Shown here: positions 19,349 to 29,106 of the stretch, one piece after another
How positions within the stretch are numbered: the first letter of the stretch is position 1
How the letters are laid out: each line of letters starts with the position of its first letter
NCBI GenBank assembly: GCA_016839275.1
Contig: JAEOUM010000025.1
Coordinates: 895-64,894, forward strand
Direction of reading: 5' to 3'
DNA from: Candidatus Thorarchaeota archaeon
Lineage (GTDB): Archaea; Asgardarchaeota; Thorarchaeia; Thorarchaeales; Thorarchaeaceae
Length of the DNA stretch: 64,000 bases
The notes under the pieces: generated by a model
What the model was told of the DNA's origin: nothing
Databases searched by the model: none
The model's input: only the letters and a program-made list of their open reading frames with translations
Program-made: the position numbers and the translations under genes

Positions 19349-19520
19349 AACACAAGAAACACATTACCTGAATTCAGTCAATCCCAGCCTCATCACACAT
19401 ACCGTACAAGCTCGAGTATTGCAATCATTCATGCTAGAATGTCTCATTTGCAGCACAAAATCAAATGACTCGAAAGTATATAATGCGCGGTAGTAGACCT
19501 AATCATAGAAGGTGTGACCA

Positions 19521-20276
19521 TTGGAGATACTCTATCTTATCCCTGGAGAAGGAATGCCTGAAGACGAGATTAAACGACGCGAAGATGTCACGAATTCGCT
19601 TGCCCGTCCTGGAACGAAAGTCACCGTCGAAGAAGTAGGCAAGGGGCCTCTCTCAATAGAGTCAGCCATTGAAGAATGCATGTCCATTGGGCCAATGCTA
19701 GAACGTCTCTATCAAATTCGAAAAACAAAAAGATTTGATGCAATTATCATTGGATGCGCAGGAGACCCCGGACTGCGTGCAGCAAGGGAGCTCATGGATG
19801 TACCCATAATCGGACCAGCAGAATCATCGTACTATTTTGCTTGTATGATTGCGGATCGGTTCAGTGTCATCTCGCCAATGCAAGCAGGAGTTGCCTCTGC
19901 TGATGAACTTGTAGCGCGGACCAGAGAAATGGGACTGGCAAGCCGACTCGCCTCTGTCGAGTTCGTGGAGATGCCTATCACAGATATGTGGGAAGATGAT
20001 CCTAGTATGGTAATCAAGCAAACAACAACCGCTATCGAGAAGGCTATGGGTAAGGGAGCAGGTTGTGTTGTTCTTGGTTGTATGTCAATGGCATTTCGAA
20101 CTGCAAACACATCATGGGATACTGTTGGCATTCCTGTCATCAATCCCCTGAAAGTCGCACTCAAGACTGCTGAGAGTTTTGTTGAAATTGGCGCAAAACA
20201 TAGTCGCATCACTTATCCTGCAGCAGACTTTGAGAAACTTGCAGGGACTGTCTTCAAGCAATGGGAGGGAGAATGA
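19521..20276 (+). CDS. Asp/Glu/hydantoin racemase family protein
   Basis: The two conserved Cys blocks of the family, IIIGCAGDPGL and VVLGCMSMAF, plus VPIIGPAESS. TTG start. Confidence 0.7.
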   Translation: MEILYLIPGEGMPEDEIKRREDVTNSLARPGTKVTVEEVGKGPLSIESAIEECMSIGPMLERLYQIRKTKRFDAIIIGCAGDPGLRAARELMDVPIIGPAESSYYFACMIADRFSVISPMQAGVASADELVARTREMGLASRLASVEFVEMPITDMWEDDPSMVIKQTTTAIEKAMGKGAGCVVLGCMSMAFRTANTSWDTVGIPVINPLKVALKTAESFVEIGAKHSRITYPAADFEKLAGTVFKQWEGE

Positions 20277-20277
20277 A

Positions 20278-20703
20278 ATGGGAAAGAGGCTCTATTGGGC
20301 AAATGCGTTATTCTCAGAGGCGGACAGAAAGTTCAATGAGGATTCTGTTGCCAGAGTTCGTGCGGCAGGCTATTCTGTCTTTCTTCCGCAGGAAGCCTTC
20401 AGTGGAGATGCAGATCCCACGAATGAAGAGATTTTCAGAGTCGATACAGATGAGCTTCAGTCATGCGATGCAGTGGTTGCTTGTTTGGACCAGTTTCCGA
20501 TAGACAGTGGAGTCGCCTGTGAAATTGGCGTGGCGTATGGTGCGAATATCCCAGTAATAGGTCTCTATACAGATATCAGAAGTAAGAGAGTGGGACCTGG
20601 AAGGATGTACAAGAACCAATATGTGCTTGGAGCGATTGAGGCCAATGGCGAAATTGTATCTAGCGTGGAGGATCTTTTGGAAACATTACCAAAGTACCTT
20701 TGA
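20278..20703 (+). CDS. nucleoside 2-deoxyribosyltransferase-like protein
   Basis: LYWANALFSEADRKFN and DSGVACEIGVAYGANIPVIG match the family layout (YLAGPLF...; catalytic Glu block). The start is 1 nt after the racemase stop. Confidence 0.65.
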   Translation: MGKRLYWANALFSEADRKFNEDSVARVRAAGYSVFLPQEAFSGDADPTNEEIFRVDTDELQSCDAVVACLDQFPIDSGVACEIGVAYGANIPVIGLYTDIRSKRVGPGRMYKNQYVLGAIEANGEIVSSVEDLLETLPKYL

Positions 20704-20709
20704 GAGCAT

Positions 20710-20937
20710 CTAATTTAATCGTGATATGGCCATCTTCAATCGCTGCTTGAATCCTTCAGAATCGTCACTGTCAAGTTTCTTGCGTACCAATTTCCAAACT
20801 GCAGCGCTATTTGGATAATCAACACTCAACATGTCATGAATGATCTCATCAATCTGGTCTCTATTCTCTTTGGTGACCTCTATGTTGAGCTCGGTAAACA
20901 GTTCTGTCATTCTAGAATTCTTGAAATAGTGAGTCAT
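20710..20937 (-). CDS. small conserved hypothetical protein (family copy 1)
   Basis: 75 aa. Clear similarity to the 31942-32163 product (YF....LF...IEVT.EN...ID..IH.....Y.N..A.WK..). Confidence 0.5.
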   Translation of the reverse strand: MTHYFKNSRMTELFTELNIEVTKENRDQIDEIIHDMLSVDYPNSAAVWKLVRKKLDSDDSEGFKQRLKMAISRLN

Positions 20938-21016
20938 CGGTACCTGAAATTGATATTGAAATCCTATATATTTCCAACGTATGGAAATATGAAAGAATCA
21001 TCAAATGGACAGCAGA

Positions 21017-23359
21017 TCACCATCTTCCGTGATGACAGTGACAATGCTTCATGTGTTTATACTCATGAATCACAATAGCTCCATGAACATACCCAATCGG
21101 ATCGAATCCTGCCTCATACGAAACTTCACCACTTGGGTCAAAGATGCGTATCTGGAAGATGTCTTTTGCGCAACGACCTCTGTTGTCCCAGACATCAACT
21201 CGAACTACATAACCATCGTCAATGGATTGCACCTTACAGTTGTGTAGTTTAATCAGCATGACAGTACAATTGGCCTCGAAGTAGGCGTGGTTTCCATCTA
21301 TCACGACTTCCAAGATATCCGTACTTATGATCGTGTAAATCCACTTACCAATCTTAATGGAGTACAGGAATACTCCAGAGATATCACCATCAGACTTGAG
21401 TCTCACAACAAAGGCAAAATGACCCTTTCTCCCATCAGAATCTCTAATCCAGCCGCCTCCTGTGATCCAACCGGGTGTGGGCTCGCCGGTGATTGTAATG
21501 CTTGCTGATTCCACAGTCATCTCTTGGTCAAGCTCTCCTCTGTCGAGGTCTCCGTTGTAAGCAGTGACAACGATTGTATGCTCGCCTTCTGATGCAGGAA
21601 CCGCATAATCGCCTGCAGTTGTAGCGATAAGCTCTCCATCAATCTCCACAATTAGGACGACAGTGTCGCTTTCGGGGTCAATCACTGTAACCGTCCAAAA
21701 GCCAGGATCCGAAACGGTCGTTCCACCTGAATGGACTATTGTTATTTGAGGGGCAGTGGTGTCATCATCAACTATTGTGACAGTTTCTGAGAGTGTGCTG
21801 AATTCTTGATCTTCCACACCTACTTCTAGGTCCGCATTCGTTGCATTCACCCTAATTGTATGAAGACCCAGAGTGTTTGGAACTGGATAGTCACCAGAAG
21901 CCGCACCAACTAACACTCCATCAATCTCAACACTGACTGCAGAAATACCACTCTCTGGATCTGAAACCGTGACAGTCCAATAACCTGGACTTCCATCTGT
22001 TGTATCACCTGTGTAGATTATCGTGATGATTGGACCTGTGATATCGGTATCAATTATTATCATAGCAGAACTCATGGATTCAATATTACCTGCGGTATCA
22101 TTGGAGTAATAGTACACGTAATTGATACCATCTGCGGAAATTGTGAATGGTCCTGTATAGAGCATCCAGTTCTTTCCGTCACGACTATACATGGTCGAAT
22201 GAACTGAGAAGTCATCAATCGCTGAAAGAGTCACAACTACATCCGAGATGTACCAACCATTATCTCCTAAAATTCCATCAGCTAGGAATGTTGTCGTGGG
22301 AGGGGTTGTATCATCAATTACATCCTGAACCTCAATATTCACAGTAGCCTCAGCACTGGTTTCGACACCATCAGACACTCGATAGGTAAAGGAATCAAAA
22401 CCATACCAATCAGAAAATGGAGTATAGACAAGTTCTTCGTCTGATAGAACATTGACCGTGCCAAAAGACGGAGAAGACAAAACTATGAGGTATAGGGAGT
22501 CGCCATCCACATCATAATCATTGCTCAAAAGATCTGATGTCAAGATAGATAGAGATGTGTCTTCATCCATGACAAAGTTATCATCCAATGCAACTGGAGC
22601 GTCATTCACAGCATTGACTGTAATTGTCACAGTGGCTATGTTACCATAGACGAAGGAATCGAATGCGCGATATTCAAAGTGGTCAATCCCATTCCAATCA
22701 TGATCTGGCACATAGATAATGTCCCCTTCAAGGAAGAAGGTGATGGAACCGTGTTCAGGTGGTGTATAAAGCTCCGCGGTAACAAAATCGTACTTATCAA
22801 CGTCATAGTCGTTTAAGAGGACACCAGGAGTAACATCCAGAACAGTATCCTCATCAGTTTCATAGGCATCATCGACTGCAACGGGAGGGTCATTCACAAG
22901 ATTGACTGTGATGGTGACTATCGCAGGGTTACTGTCAGATTCACCATCATTGGCACGATATGTGAAGGAATCTTCACCGAAGAAATCTAGCTCAGGAGTA
23001 TAGCTGAAAGAACCGTCTGATGAGAGAATAAGCGAACCATTGGAAGGCATTGTGTCAATCACTGCAGTGAGAGCGTCGCCATCCACATCATGGTCATTAT
23101 ATAGAACTCCAGGTGCATCTACAAATAGTAGAGTTTCTTCATCGGTGAAGTAACTATCATCTTCAGCCTCTGGTGGTGCGCCTGTTGGCGCAGGTGTGAC
23201 TAGTAGTTGAAATTGGTTGTGTAAGGAAGGAGTTACACTGTGAGTAAGAAGTGTGTCATTACCCAATGAATCGTGTACCACTTGTGGTGCTACGTTCAAA
23301 AGAGCTACAATGAATGCAAACGATATTGCAAGCAAATAGGCTTTCCTCTTCATGAGCAT
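21017..23359 (-). CDS. secreted surface protein with cadherin-like/Ig-like tandem domains and a His/Cys-rich C-terminus
   Basis: Signal-like N-terminus. Three repeats of the V[NL]D[AP]PVA.DD......ED..L...LL.NDYDVDGD type, one GWY...V.L.A.D...AGN-type Ig-like domain, two ~90-aa repeats, a TGGGWI-containing beta domain, and the terminal KHMKHCHCHHGRW. Confidence 0.7.
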   Translation of the reverse strand: MLMKRKAYLLAISFAFIVALLNVAPQVVHDSLGNDTLLTHSVTPSLHNQFQLLVTPAPTGAPPEAEDDSYFTDEETLLFVDAPGVLYNDHDVDGDALTAVIDTMPSNGSLILSSDGSFSYTPELDFFGEDSFTYRANDGESDSNPAIVTITVNLVNDPPVAVDDAYETDEDTVLDVTPGVLLNDYDVDKYDFVTAELYTPPEHGSITFFLEGDIIYVPDHDWNGIDHFEYRAFDSFVYGNIATVTITVNAVNDAPVALDDNFVMDEDTSLSILTSDLLSNDYDVDGDSLYLIVLSSPSFGTVNVLSDEELVYTPFSDWYGFDSFTYRVSDGVETSAEATVNIEVQDVIDDTTPPTTTFLADGILGDNGWYISDVVVTLSAIDDFSVHSTMYSRDGKNWMLYTGPFTISADGINYVYYYSNDTAGNIESMSSAMIIIDTDITGPIITIIYTGDTTDGSPGYWTVTVSDPESGISAVSVEIDGVLVGAASGDYPVPNTLGLHTIRVNATNADLEVGVEDQEFSTLSETVTIVDDDTTAPQITIVHSGGTTVSDPGFWTVTVIDPESDTVVLIVEIDGELIATTAGDYAVPASEGEHTIVVTAYNGDLDRGELDQEMTVESASITITGEPTPGWITGGGWIRDSDGRKGHFAFVVRLKSDGDISGVFLYSIKIGKWIYTIISTDILEVVIDGNHAYFEANCTVMLIKLHNCKVQSIDDGYVVRVDVWDNRGRCAKDIFQIRIFDPSGEVSYEAGFDPIGYVHGAIVIHEYKHMKHCHCHHGRW
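21500..22054 (-). repeat. two intragenic ~90-aa domain repeats
   Basis: DITGPIITIIYTGDTTDGSPGYWTVTVSDPESGISAVSVEIDGVLVGAASGDYPVP aligns with DTTAPQITIVHSGGTTVSDPGFWTVTVIDPESDTVVLIVEIDGELIATTAGDYAVP. Confidence 0.65.
22319..23164 (-). repeat. three intragenic cadherin-like domain repeats
   Basis: Protein residues ~66-347: DDSYFTDEETLL..., VAVDDAYETDEDTVLDV..., VALDDNFVMDEDTSLSI..., each ending in TITVN.VND.P or an equivalent. Confidence 0.6.
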
Positions 23360-23559
23360 GACTGTCCTCTCCCAGTTGCGACGTATGTAATGAAGGCAAG
23401 CTCATTCAATGAGATTCGAAACGAATCGAGAATGGATATGCTTTGACCAAACCCGCACAACTTTGCATGCAGTAGACAGAAGAGGCTTATAAAACCTCAT
23501 TTTCGCACGGAACATTAGATTCCGTAATGGAAAATTATGGCAATTGCGCATTTTGAAAC

Positions 23560-24018
23560 TCATTTCAAGAATTTTTCAGGGTCAACACGAACTGTCACAA
23601 CTTCTCCGGTGGCGCATTCAATATCACCAGAATAGAGCGAACAAGTCACCGTAATCCGTCGCTCTCCAGATTCCTTTACTCGGGCTCTGAGTGTGACCGG
23701 TCTATCCATGGGTGTCGGTCGAATGAATTTGACTGAGAGCGAAGCGGTCACATGCATGAAGTGATAATCAGAACTGGAATTCTTATGCGCTGCAGCGTTC
23801 GCAGTTCCCGTGCCATGGCAGTCGATTATTGTTGCAATTATGCCGCCGTTGAGAACGCCGGGGAATGCAAGATGATGTTCCTTAGGCATCCAAGTGGCAA
23901 CAGCCTCATCATCTTTCCAATAGCTTTTCAACTGGAGACCATGCACATTGTTCTTTCCACAGCCCCAACAAAAGGTAGCAAACTCAGGCCACTTATCTTG
24001 AATAGTGTCTTCAGGCAT
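23560..24018 (-). CDS. PaaI-type hotdog-fold thioesterase with N-terminal zinc-ribbon-like motif
   Basis: CWGCGKNNVHGLQLK followed by GVLNGGIIATIIDCHG, the typical PaaI/4HBT substrate-binding block. Confidence 0.7.
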   Translation of the reverse strand: MPEDTIQDKWPEFATFCWGCGKNNVHGLQLKSYWKDDEAVATWMPKEHHLAFPGVLNGGIIATIIDCHGTGTANAAAHKNSSSDYHFMHVTASLSVKFIRPTPMDRPVTLRARVKESGERRITVTCSLYSGDIECATGEVVTVRVDPEKFLK

Positions 24019-24114
24019 ACTTTCCGTATCCCAAATACATCATGTAAAGATTCCTCAATATGCACGGATAGAGGACTAGACTCATAACTAGGGAGTTGGA
24101 GTTATCGAATAACC

Positions 24115-24966
24115 ATGTTGCTCATCCTGAACTTTGTGATTTCAGCAATCATAATTGCTATCGCCGCATATCCCTTTGTCAAGTCTTCAAGATTGCCAAA
24201 GAATCGACCATCTACCTATCTCAAGACTCCATCCGTAGATAATGGTCGAGAAGTCATTGTCCTTGCTGGGGATAGCCTGACCCATGGGCTGATTGGATTT
24301 GGCTATGTCAATATGGTACATGAAGAATTAGATCAGACAAGATTCAGACTGATTAATGCTGGTGTGAATGCACATCTTGTATGGAATCTATCAGAACGAC
24401 TTGAAGAGATTATAGCCTGCAGACCATCGATCATTACAATTCTGATTGGAACCAATGATGCGAATGCTGCAACATCTGAGAAAGAATGCAAAGCATATAT
24501 GAAGAACTTGAAACTGCCTTGTCTTCCAGACCTTGCTTGGTTTCAAGAAATATTACAGTCAGTTATCAACAGACTGCAAAACGAGACCTCCGCGTCTATT
24601 GCTATTCTGTCTATACCGACTATAGGCGAGGTCCCGGATCATCCTGCATTCAAACTGAGTCTAGATTATGGAAGAGTGATAAAGGAAATCGCAATAAAAT
24701 CAAGAGTGACCTATCTTCCATTACAAGAACAGATGCTGGCATATCTTGAGGGAAATCCAGGTTCTCCGAAATACCCGTTGGAGAGAGGGAGAGTTCAGAT
24801 GTTGTTGTCGATATTCAAGCATTATCTCTTTAGAACGAGCTGGGATAAAATAGGTGAAGACTCAGGATTCATACTTCACTCAGATTATCTCCATCTGAAC
24901 AGCATCAGTGCAAGGATGGCGGCGGACCTGATTATTCAATTCATCAAATCTACTCAATCTTTCTGA
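24115..24966 (+). CDS. SGNH/GDSL hydrolase-type esterase with N-terminal membrane anchor
   Basis: Block I VLAGDSLTHG, block III GTNDA, and a C-terminal D..HLN block. N-terminal TM helix. Confidence 0.7.
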   Translation: MLLILNFVISAIIIAIAAYPFVKSSRLPKNRPSTYLKTPSVDNGREVIVLAGDSLTHGLIGFGYVNMVHEELDQTRFRLINAGVNAHLVWNLSERLEEIIACRPSIITILIGTNDANAATSEKECKAYMKNLKLPCLPDLAWFQEILQSVINRLQNETSASIAILSIPTIGEVPDHPAFKLSLDYGRVIKEIAIKSRVTYLPLQEQMLAYLEGNPGSPKYPLERGRVQMLLSIFKHYLFRTSWDKIGEDSGFILHSDYLHLNSISARMAADLIIQFIKSTQSF

Positions 24967-24991
24967 AATGTGCAAGCATTTTTTCTAAGAC

Positions 24992-25209
24992 TTAACATGA
25001 CGAGTATAATTGTAGTGTATCTATATACCAAGTAAGTTCTGGCATATTATTGTGGTTCATATCATAGATTCCAGCAATACCCGTGAGGGGGATGAACATG
25101 GCTGATATCAAAATCAGGACTTTCATCACCGCATACGTTCTTTTTCTTATCAGAACTTCACTTCATTCAGGTCCCTTAGTTTTCCACCACTAATCCTCTA
25201 GATCGATTT
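24992..25209 (-). pseudogene. corA: decayed CorA-type Mg2+/Co2+ channel fragment
   Basis: Minus-strand translation ...AVMKVLILISAMFIPLTGIAGIYDMNHNNMPELTW... matches the CorA TM1/pore region (consensus MK.LT..ATIF.PLTFIAGIYGMNF..MPEL.W). GMN is mutated to DMN, the second TM helix is missing, and in-frame stops lie upstream. The ORF is below the 60-aa track cutoff. Confidence 0.75.
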
Positions 25210-25806
25210 CTATCTCAATTCACCAGAAGCGCCGCTAGCTATGCGGAGAGATCCAAGTACAAGGAATGTAATGGCTAGCAATATTTTCAAGGTATAAAGA
25301 CCGAGAGAAGGAAATATTGCAGCAACAAATCCAAAGAGCAACACAAGTCCTCCCCCAACGATATTGGCAATTCGCATTCCTGATTTTAAACCAGATTCAC
25401 TGTATCCAATGACTATCCTTGCTATACCAACCAGCATTATTGCAAATGTTAGTAATGTAATCAAGATAGTAACGGTGAGTGAACTGAACAGTATTGCAGC
25501 AAGAGCAAGAACAATTGCACCAATGCCGCTGACCACTTTCACTGTTCTTGCGGTTTTGCTCATCTCTTTCATGAGTGCACCCTTACCGAGTCTTGTGAAT
25601 CCAATGACCAGAAGACCAAGTGCTAAGAGAAAGATCAAAGTCGCTTCAACGATGACTGTGTTGAGGATAATCCATGTTCCAACAAAAATGATCACAAAAC
25701 CAATTACAATATCGAAACCTCTCACCCATGGTGGATATTCTTGTAGCGCCATAATATTATCACATTGATTTTGAGTGTAAAGAGGATTTCGCATCTTTCG
25801 ACGCAT
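25210..25806 (-). CDS. HdeD/DUF308-like polytopic membrane protein
   Basis: Six evenly spaced hydrophobic helices with repeated G..L.I.G/L..G blocks. The true start may be the internal ATG at 25752 (MALQEYPPW). Confidence 0.45.
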   Translation of the reverse strand: MRRKMRNPLYTQNQCDNIMALQEYPPWVRGFDIVIGFVIIFVGTWIILNTVIVEATLIFLLALGLLVIGFTRLGKGALMKEMSKTARTVKVVSGIGAIVLALAAILFSSLTVTILITLLTFAIMLVGIARIVIGYSESGLKSGMRIANIVGGGLVLLFGFVAAIFPSLGLYTLKILLAITFLVLGSLRIASGASGELR

Positions 25807-25878
25807 TGCTTTTTGAAGATCCCAAAGTCGACTGTCGTATGCTTTTTAATTGAGTTACACATTAAGCCGTGCAGAAAA

Positions 25879-28407
25879 ATGGAGAGTATTGATGAAAGGT
25901 TCTGGAGTGTCGATCAAGACATACTACTCCAGCAACTCGGAACTGGTTATGATGGTCTGACGTCTATCGAAGCAGAAAAGAAACTAGATATCTATGGACC
26001 AAATAGCATCAAGGCCCAGAGAAGTACAAGTAGTCTCTCGTTGTTGGTTAGCCAATTTACAAGCCCGATAATCATCATCTTACTCGCTTCAGCTCTCTTA
26101 GCGTTTGTAACAAGCGATAGCATTGATGGATTGATTATCACTTCTATCGTCTTACTAAGCAGCCTTGTTGGTTTTTGGCAGGAGTGGATGTCTACCAATG
26201 CTGTGGAAAAACTTGTATCGATGATAAAAGTTACAGCGGAAGTCCACCGTGATGGAATGAATTTTCAAATTCCATTGGAGGAAGTAGTACCTGGCGACAT
26301 TGTCCTTCTTAATGCGGGGGACATCGTGCCAGGAGACTGTGTCATACTAGAATCCAAGGATCTATTTGTCAATGAAGCAGCACTGACTGGAGAAACATTA
26401 CCAGCTGAGAAAGTAGCGGGAGTTGTAGGTGCTGACGCACAATTAAGCAAACGTACGAATACAGTCTTCATGGGGACTAGCGTGAACAGCGGAACAGCTA
26501 AAGTTGTTGTAGTTCGCACAGCTTTAAGGACTGAATTAGGCAAGATTTCTGTAAGACTGCATGTAAAAGAACCGAAGACTGAGTTCGAACGCGGTATGGA
26601 TAGATTCGGCTCATTGTTAATGCAACTGACCTTGCTCTTCGTCCTGGTAGTGTTTGCGTTTAATGTCTATTTTCAGAGACCGATACTTGACTCGTTCCTC
26701 TTTGCCCTGGCTCTAGCTGTTGGTATAACACCAGAACTCCTTCCTGCAATCACAAGCATTACCCTTGCTCAAGGCGCAAGACAGATGGCAGAGAAAAAGG
26801 TCATCATCAGGAAACTTACTGCGATTGAAAACTTTGGAAGTATGAACATCCTATGTTCTGATAAAACTGGCACAATCACAGAGGGTGAAATGCGAGTCCA
26901 TTCCACGATTGGACCAGAGGGCACTAACAGCGAGAAAGTACTGCAGTATGCGTACTTGAATGCAGTCTTTCAGGGGGGTTATGAAAACCCAATTGACACA
27001 GCCATTATCAATCACATTTCATTCGATCTTGATAGATACATAAAGGTCGATGAAATTCCTTACGATTTCGTTCGGAAACGATTGAGTATTCTAGTCGCAG
27101 AAGGAACAAGTAGACTCATGATTTCAAAGGGTGCAGTACTCAATTTGATTGAAGTGTGCTCATCTGTCGAACTTGAAAATGGTGCAACAGTGGATATAGA
27201 AGAATTTAGAGAAACTATCAGTAGTCAGTACAATAAATTGAGTGAACAAGGATTTAGAACACTCGGTGTCGCCTACAAACCTGTAGATACATCCTCAATA
27301 AACAGAAGCATGGAGAAAAACATGCAGTTTATAGGATTTGTAGTGCTTTCTGATCCATTAAAACGCGAAGCCAAAGCAACAATCGAGACTCTGAATTCCT
27401 TGAATGTCGATTTTAAAATCATTACAGGTGATAACAGGTTAATCGCTGCATCTGTCGGAACTCAGCTAGGAAGGAAAGACGCAAAGATCATCGTAGGTTC
27501 TGAAATGAGAGAGATGAGTGATGATGCGTTAATCAGCCAAGCAGTACAAACTGATATTTTTGCAGAGATTGAACCATATCAGAAAGAGCGTATCATACTT
27601 GCACTTAGGAAAGCAGGGCATGTCGTAGGCTACATGGGTGATGGAATAAATGATGCATCAGCAATACATGCCGCAGATATCGGAATCTCAGTTGATAGTG
27701 CTGTTGATGTAGCCAAGGAGTCCGCTGAAATCGTTCTCCTAGAAAAGGATCTTGGGGTTTTGGCGGAGGGCATCTCAATAGGAAGAAAATCATTTGCTAA
27801 CACTATCAAATACATCTCAGTGACAATAAGCGCGAATTTTGGAAATATGATTAGTATGGCAGGCGCATCGCTCTTGCTGTGGTTTCTCCCCTTGCTACCA
27901 AAACAGATACTGGCTATCAATTTCTTAACAGATTTCCCAGCAACCACAATCTCAACAGATAGTGTAGATGCTGAACTCATCGAGCATCCTAGAAGATGGA
28001 ACACAGGTTACATCAGAAGATTCATGGTCGTATTTGGTATTCAGAGTACTCTCTTTGATTTCATGACCTTTGGTGTACTCTTGCTCATTTTGAATTCTAC
28101 AGTGGACCAATTTCGAACTGGATGGTTTATCCTCTCAATAGTAACTGAAATTGCAGTAATGTTAGTAATCAGAACTCGTCAAAACTTCCTCAAGAGCAGA
28201 CCAAGCAAGTACCTGATCCTATCCTCACTAATCGTGCTAGTCCTAGCAATATTATTGCCCATTACACCTCTTGCAGAATTGCTAGGTATTGTGATGTTAC
28301 CGATATGGACTGATATCAGTTTGGTAGGACTTGTCGTAGCCTACATCGTCACGGCTGAATTAACAAAGATGCTTTTCTATAGACCCGATACAACGAAGAA
28401 AATGTAG
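25879..28407 (+). CDS. mgtA: magnesium-transporting P-type ATPase (MgtA-like)
   Basis: Phosphorylation site CSDKTGTITEG, ITGDN, and the hinge MGDGINDASAIHAADIGISVD. The N-terminal GLTSIEAEKKLDIYGPN is typical of the MgtA subgroup. Start at MESIDERF; the upstream 38 codons of the ORF overlap the divergent gene's promoter. Confidence 0.8.
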   Translation: MESIDERFWSVDQDILLQQLGTGYDGLTSIEAEKKLDIYGPNSIKAQRSTSSLSLLVSQFTSPIIIILLASALLAFVTSDSIDGLIITSIVLLSSLVGFWQEWMSTNAVEKLVSMIKVTAEVHRDGMNFQIPLEEVVPGDIVLLNAGDIVPGDCVILESKDLFVNEAALTGETLPAEKVAGVVGADAQLSKRTNTVFMGTSVNSGTAKVVVVRTALRTELGKISVRLHVKEPKTEFERGMDRFGSLLMQLTLLFVLVVFAFNVYFQRPILDSFLFALALAVGITPELLPAITSITLAQGARQMAEKKVIIRKLTAIENFGSMNILCSDKTGTITEGEMRVHSTIGPEGTNSEKVLQYAYLNAVFQGGYENPIDTAIINHISFDLDRYIKVDEIPYDFVRKRLSILVAEGTSRLMISKGAVLNLIEVCSSVELENGATVDIEEFRETISSQYNKLSEQGFRTLGVAYKPVDTSSINRSMEKNMQFIGFVVLSDPLKREAKATIETLNSLNVDFKIITGDNRLIAASVGTQLGRKDAKIIVGSEMREMSDDALISQAVQTDIFAEIEPYQKERIILALRKAGHVVGYMGDGINDASAIHAADIGISVDSAVDVAKESAEIVLLEKDLGVLAEGISIGRKSFANTIKYISVTISANFGNMISMAGASLLLWFLPLLPKQILAINFLTDFPATTISTDSVDAELIEHPRRWNTGYIRRFMVVFGIQSTLFDFMTFGVLLLILNSTVDQFRTGWFILSIVTEIAVMLVIRTRQNFLKSRPSKYLILSSLIVLVLAILLPITPLAELLGIVMLPIWTDISLVGLVVAYIVTAELTKMLFYRPDTTKKM

Positions 28408-28445
28408 ACGAATCAGTTATTCTGTATCTCTGGAAGTACTACTTA

Positions 28446-29003
28446 CTAATCAGGTATTGAACCAGGATTGTCTTTTCGGAGATCTTGCCAGTAGTAGATA
28501 ACAGGTGCGCTTCTATCAAATCCAACAGACTCGTAGGCACATCGTGCAGGGATGTGAGGATCATCAAGACCGGTCTCTACAATTGCGACCTTGATATCCT
28601 GTGCCCTCAGGTACTGCAAGACATGTCGATACATGAACTTCCCCCAACCTCTACCAGCATATTTGGGAAGAACACCGTTGTTGTCAAGCAAACCATAGCC
28701 TATCTCCTTATTGATCTTGAAAGTCACGAAACCAATGATTCCCCCTTTGTTCTCAAGAACCCAGACCCACTCTGGATGTTCTGCGAAGAGTTCGCGGTTC
28801 TGAGCAGCCTTACGTTCCTCCCACGACACTTCAGGATTTCTTATTGCGTTGTAGACATCTTCACCCTGCATAGCCACCCAGCTCTCGTGAATCGCTTTGT
28901 AGCAGATAACTGTGATTCTATCAATCTGAGGCAAATCCTCCTGTCGAGCATATCGCAGGATGGTTCCATCTCGTTCTGCAATTTGAAATTCATTCGTCTT
29001 CAT
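28446..29003 (-). CDS. GNAT family N-acetyltransferase
   Basis: GVLPKYAGRGWGKFMYRHVLQYLRAQ (motif A). ATG at 29003 preferred over the TTG at 29018. Confidence 0.75.
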   Translation of the reverse strand: MKTNEFQIAERDGTILRYARQEDLPQIDRITVICYKAIHESWVAMQGEDVYNAIRNPEVSWEERKAAQNRELFAEHPEWVWVLENKGGIIGFVTFKINKEIGYGLLDNNGVLPKYAGRGWGKFMYRHVLQYLRAQDIKVAIVETGLDDPHIPARCAYESVGFDRSAPVIYYWQDLRKDNPGSIPD

Positions 29004-29106
29004 CGCTCTGTCTCGCAAGAACTCCGCATAAGGGAAAGAAGAAAAAGATATGTCCTCTAACGAAGAGGTTATGTATAGAGTGAACTATTGTTAATATTGA
29101 TTGAAA

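Noticed and set aside
25765-25878. 38-codon N-terminal extension of the MgtA ORF
   Set aside because: The extension overlaps the divergent gene's start region and adds non-homologous residues. The conserved MgtA N-terminus begins at the ATG at 25879.
28485-29060. 191-aa plus-strand ORF fully overlapping the GNAT gene
   Set aside because: The minus-strand product has a clear GNAT motif A. The plus-strand translation has no motif and is Cys- and Leu-rich. It is a typical antisense shadow ORF.
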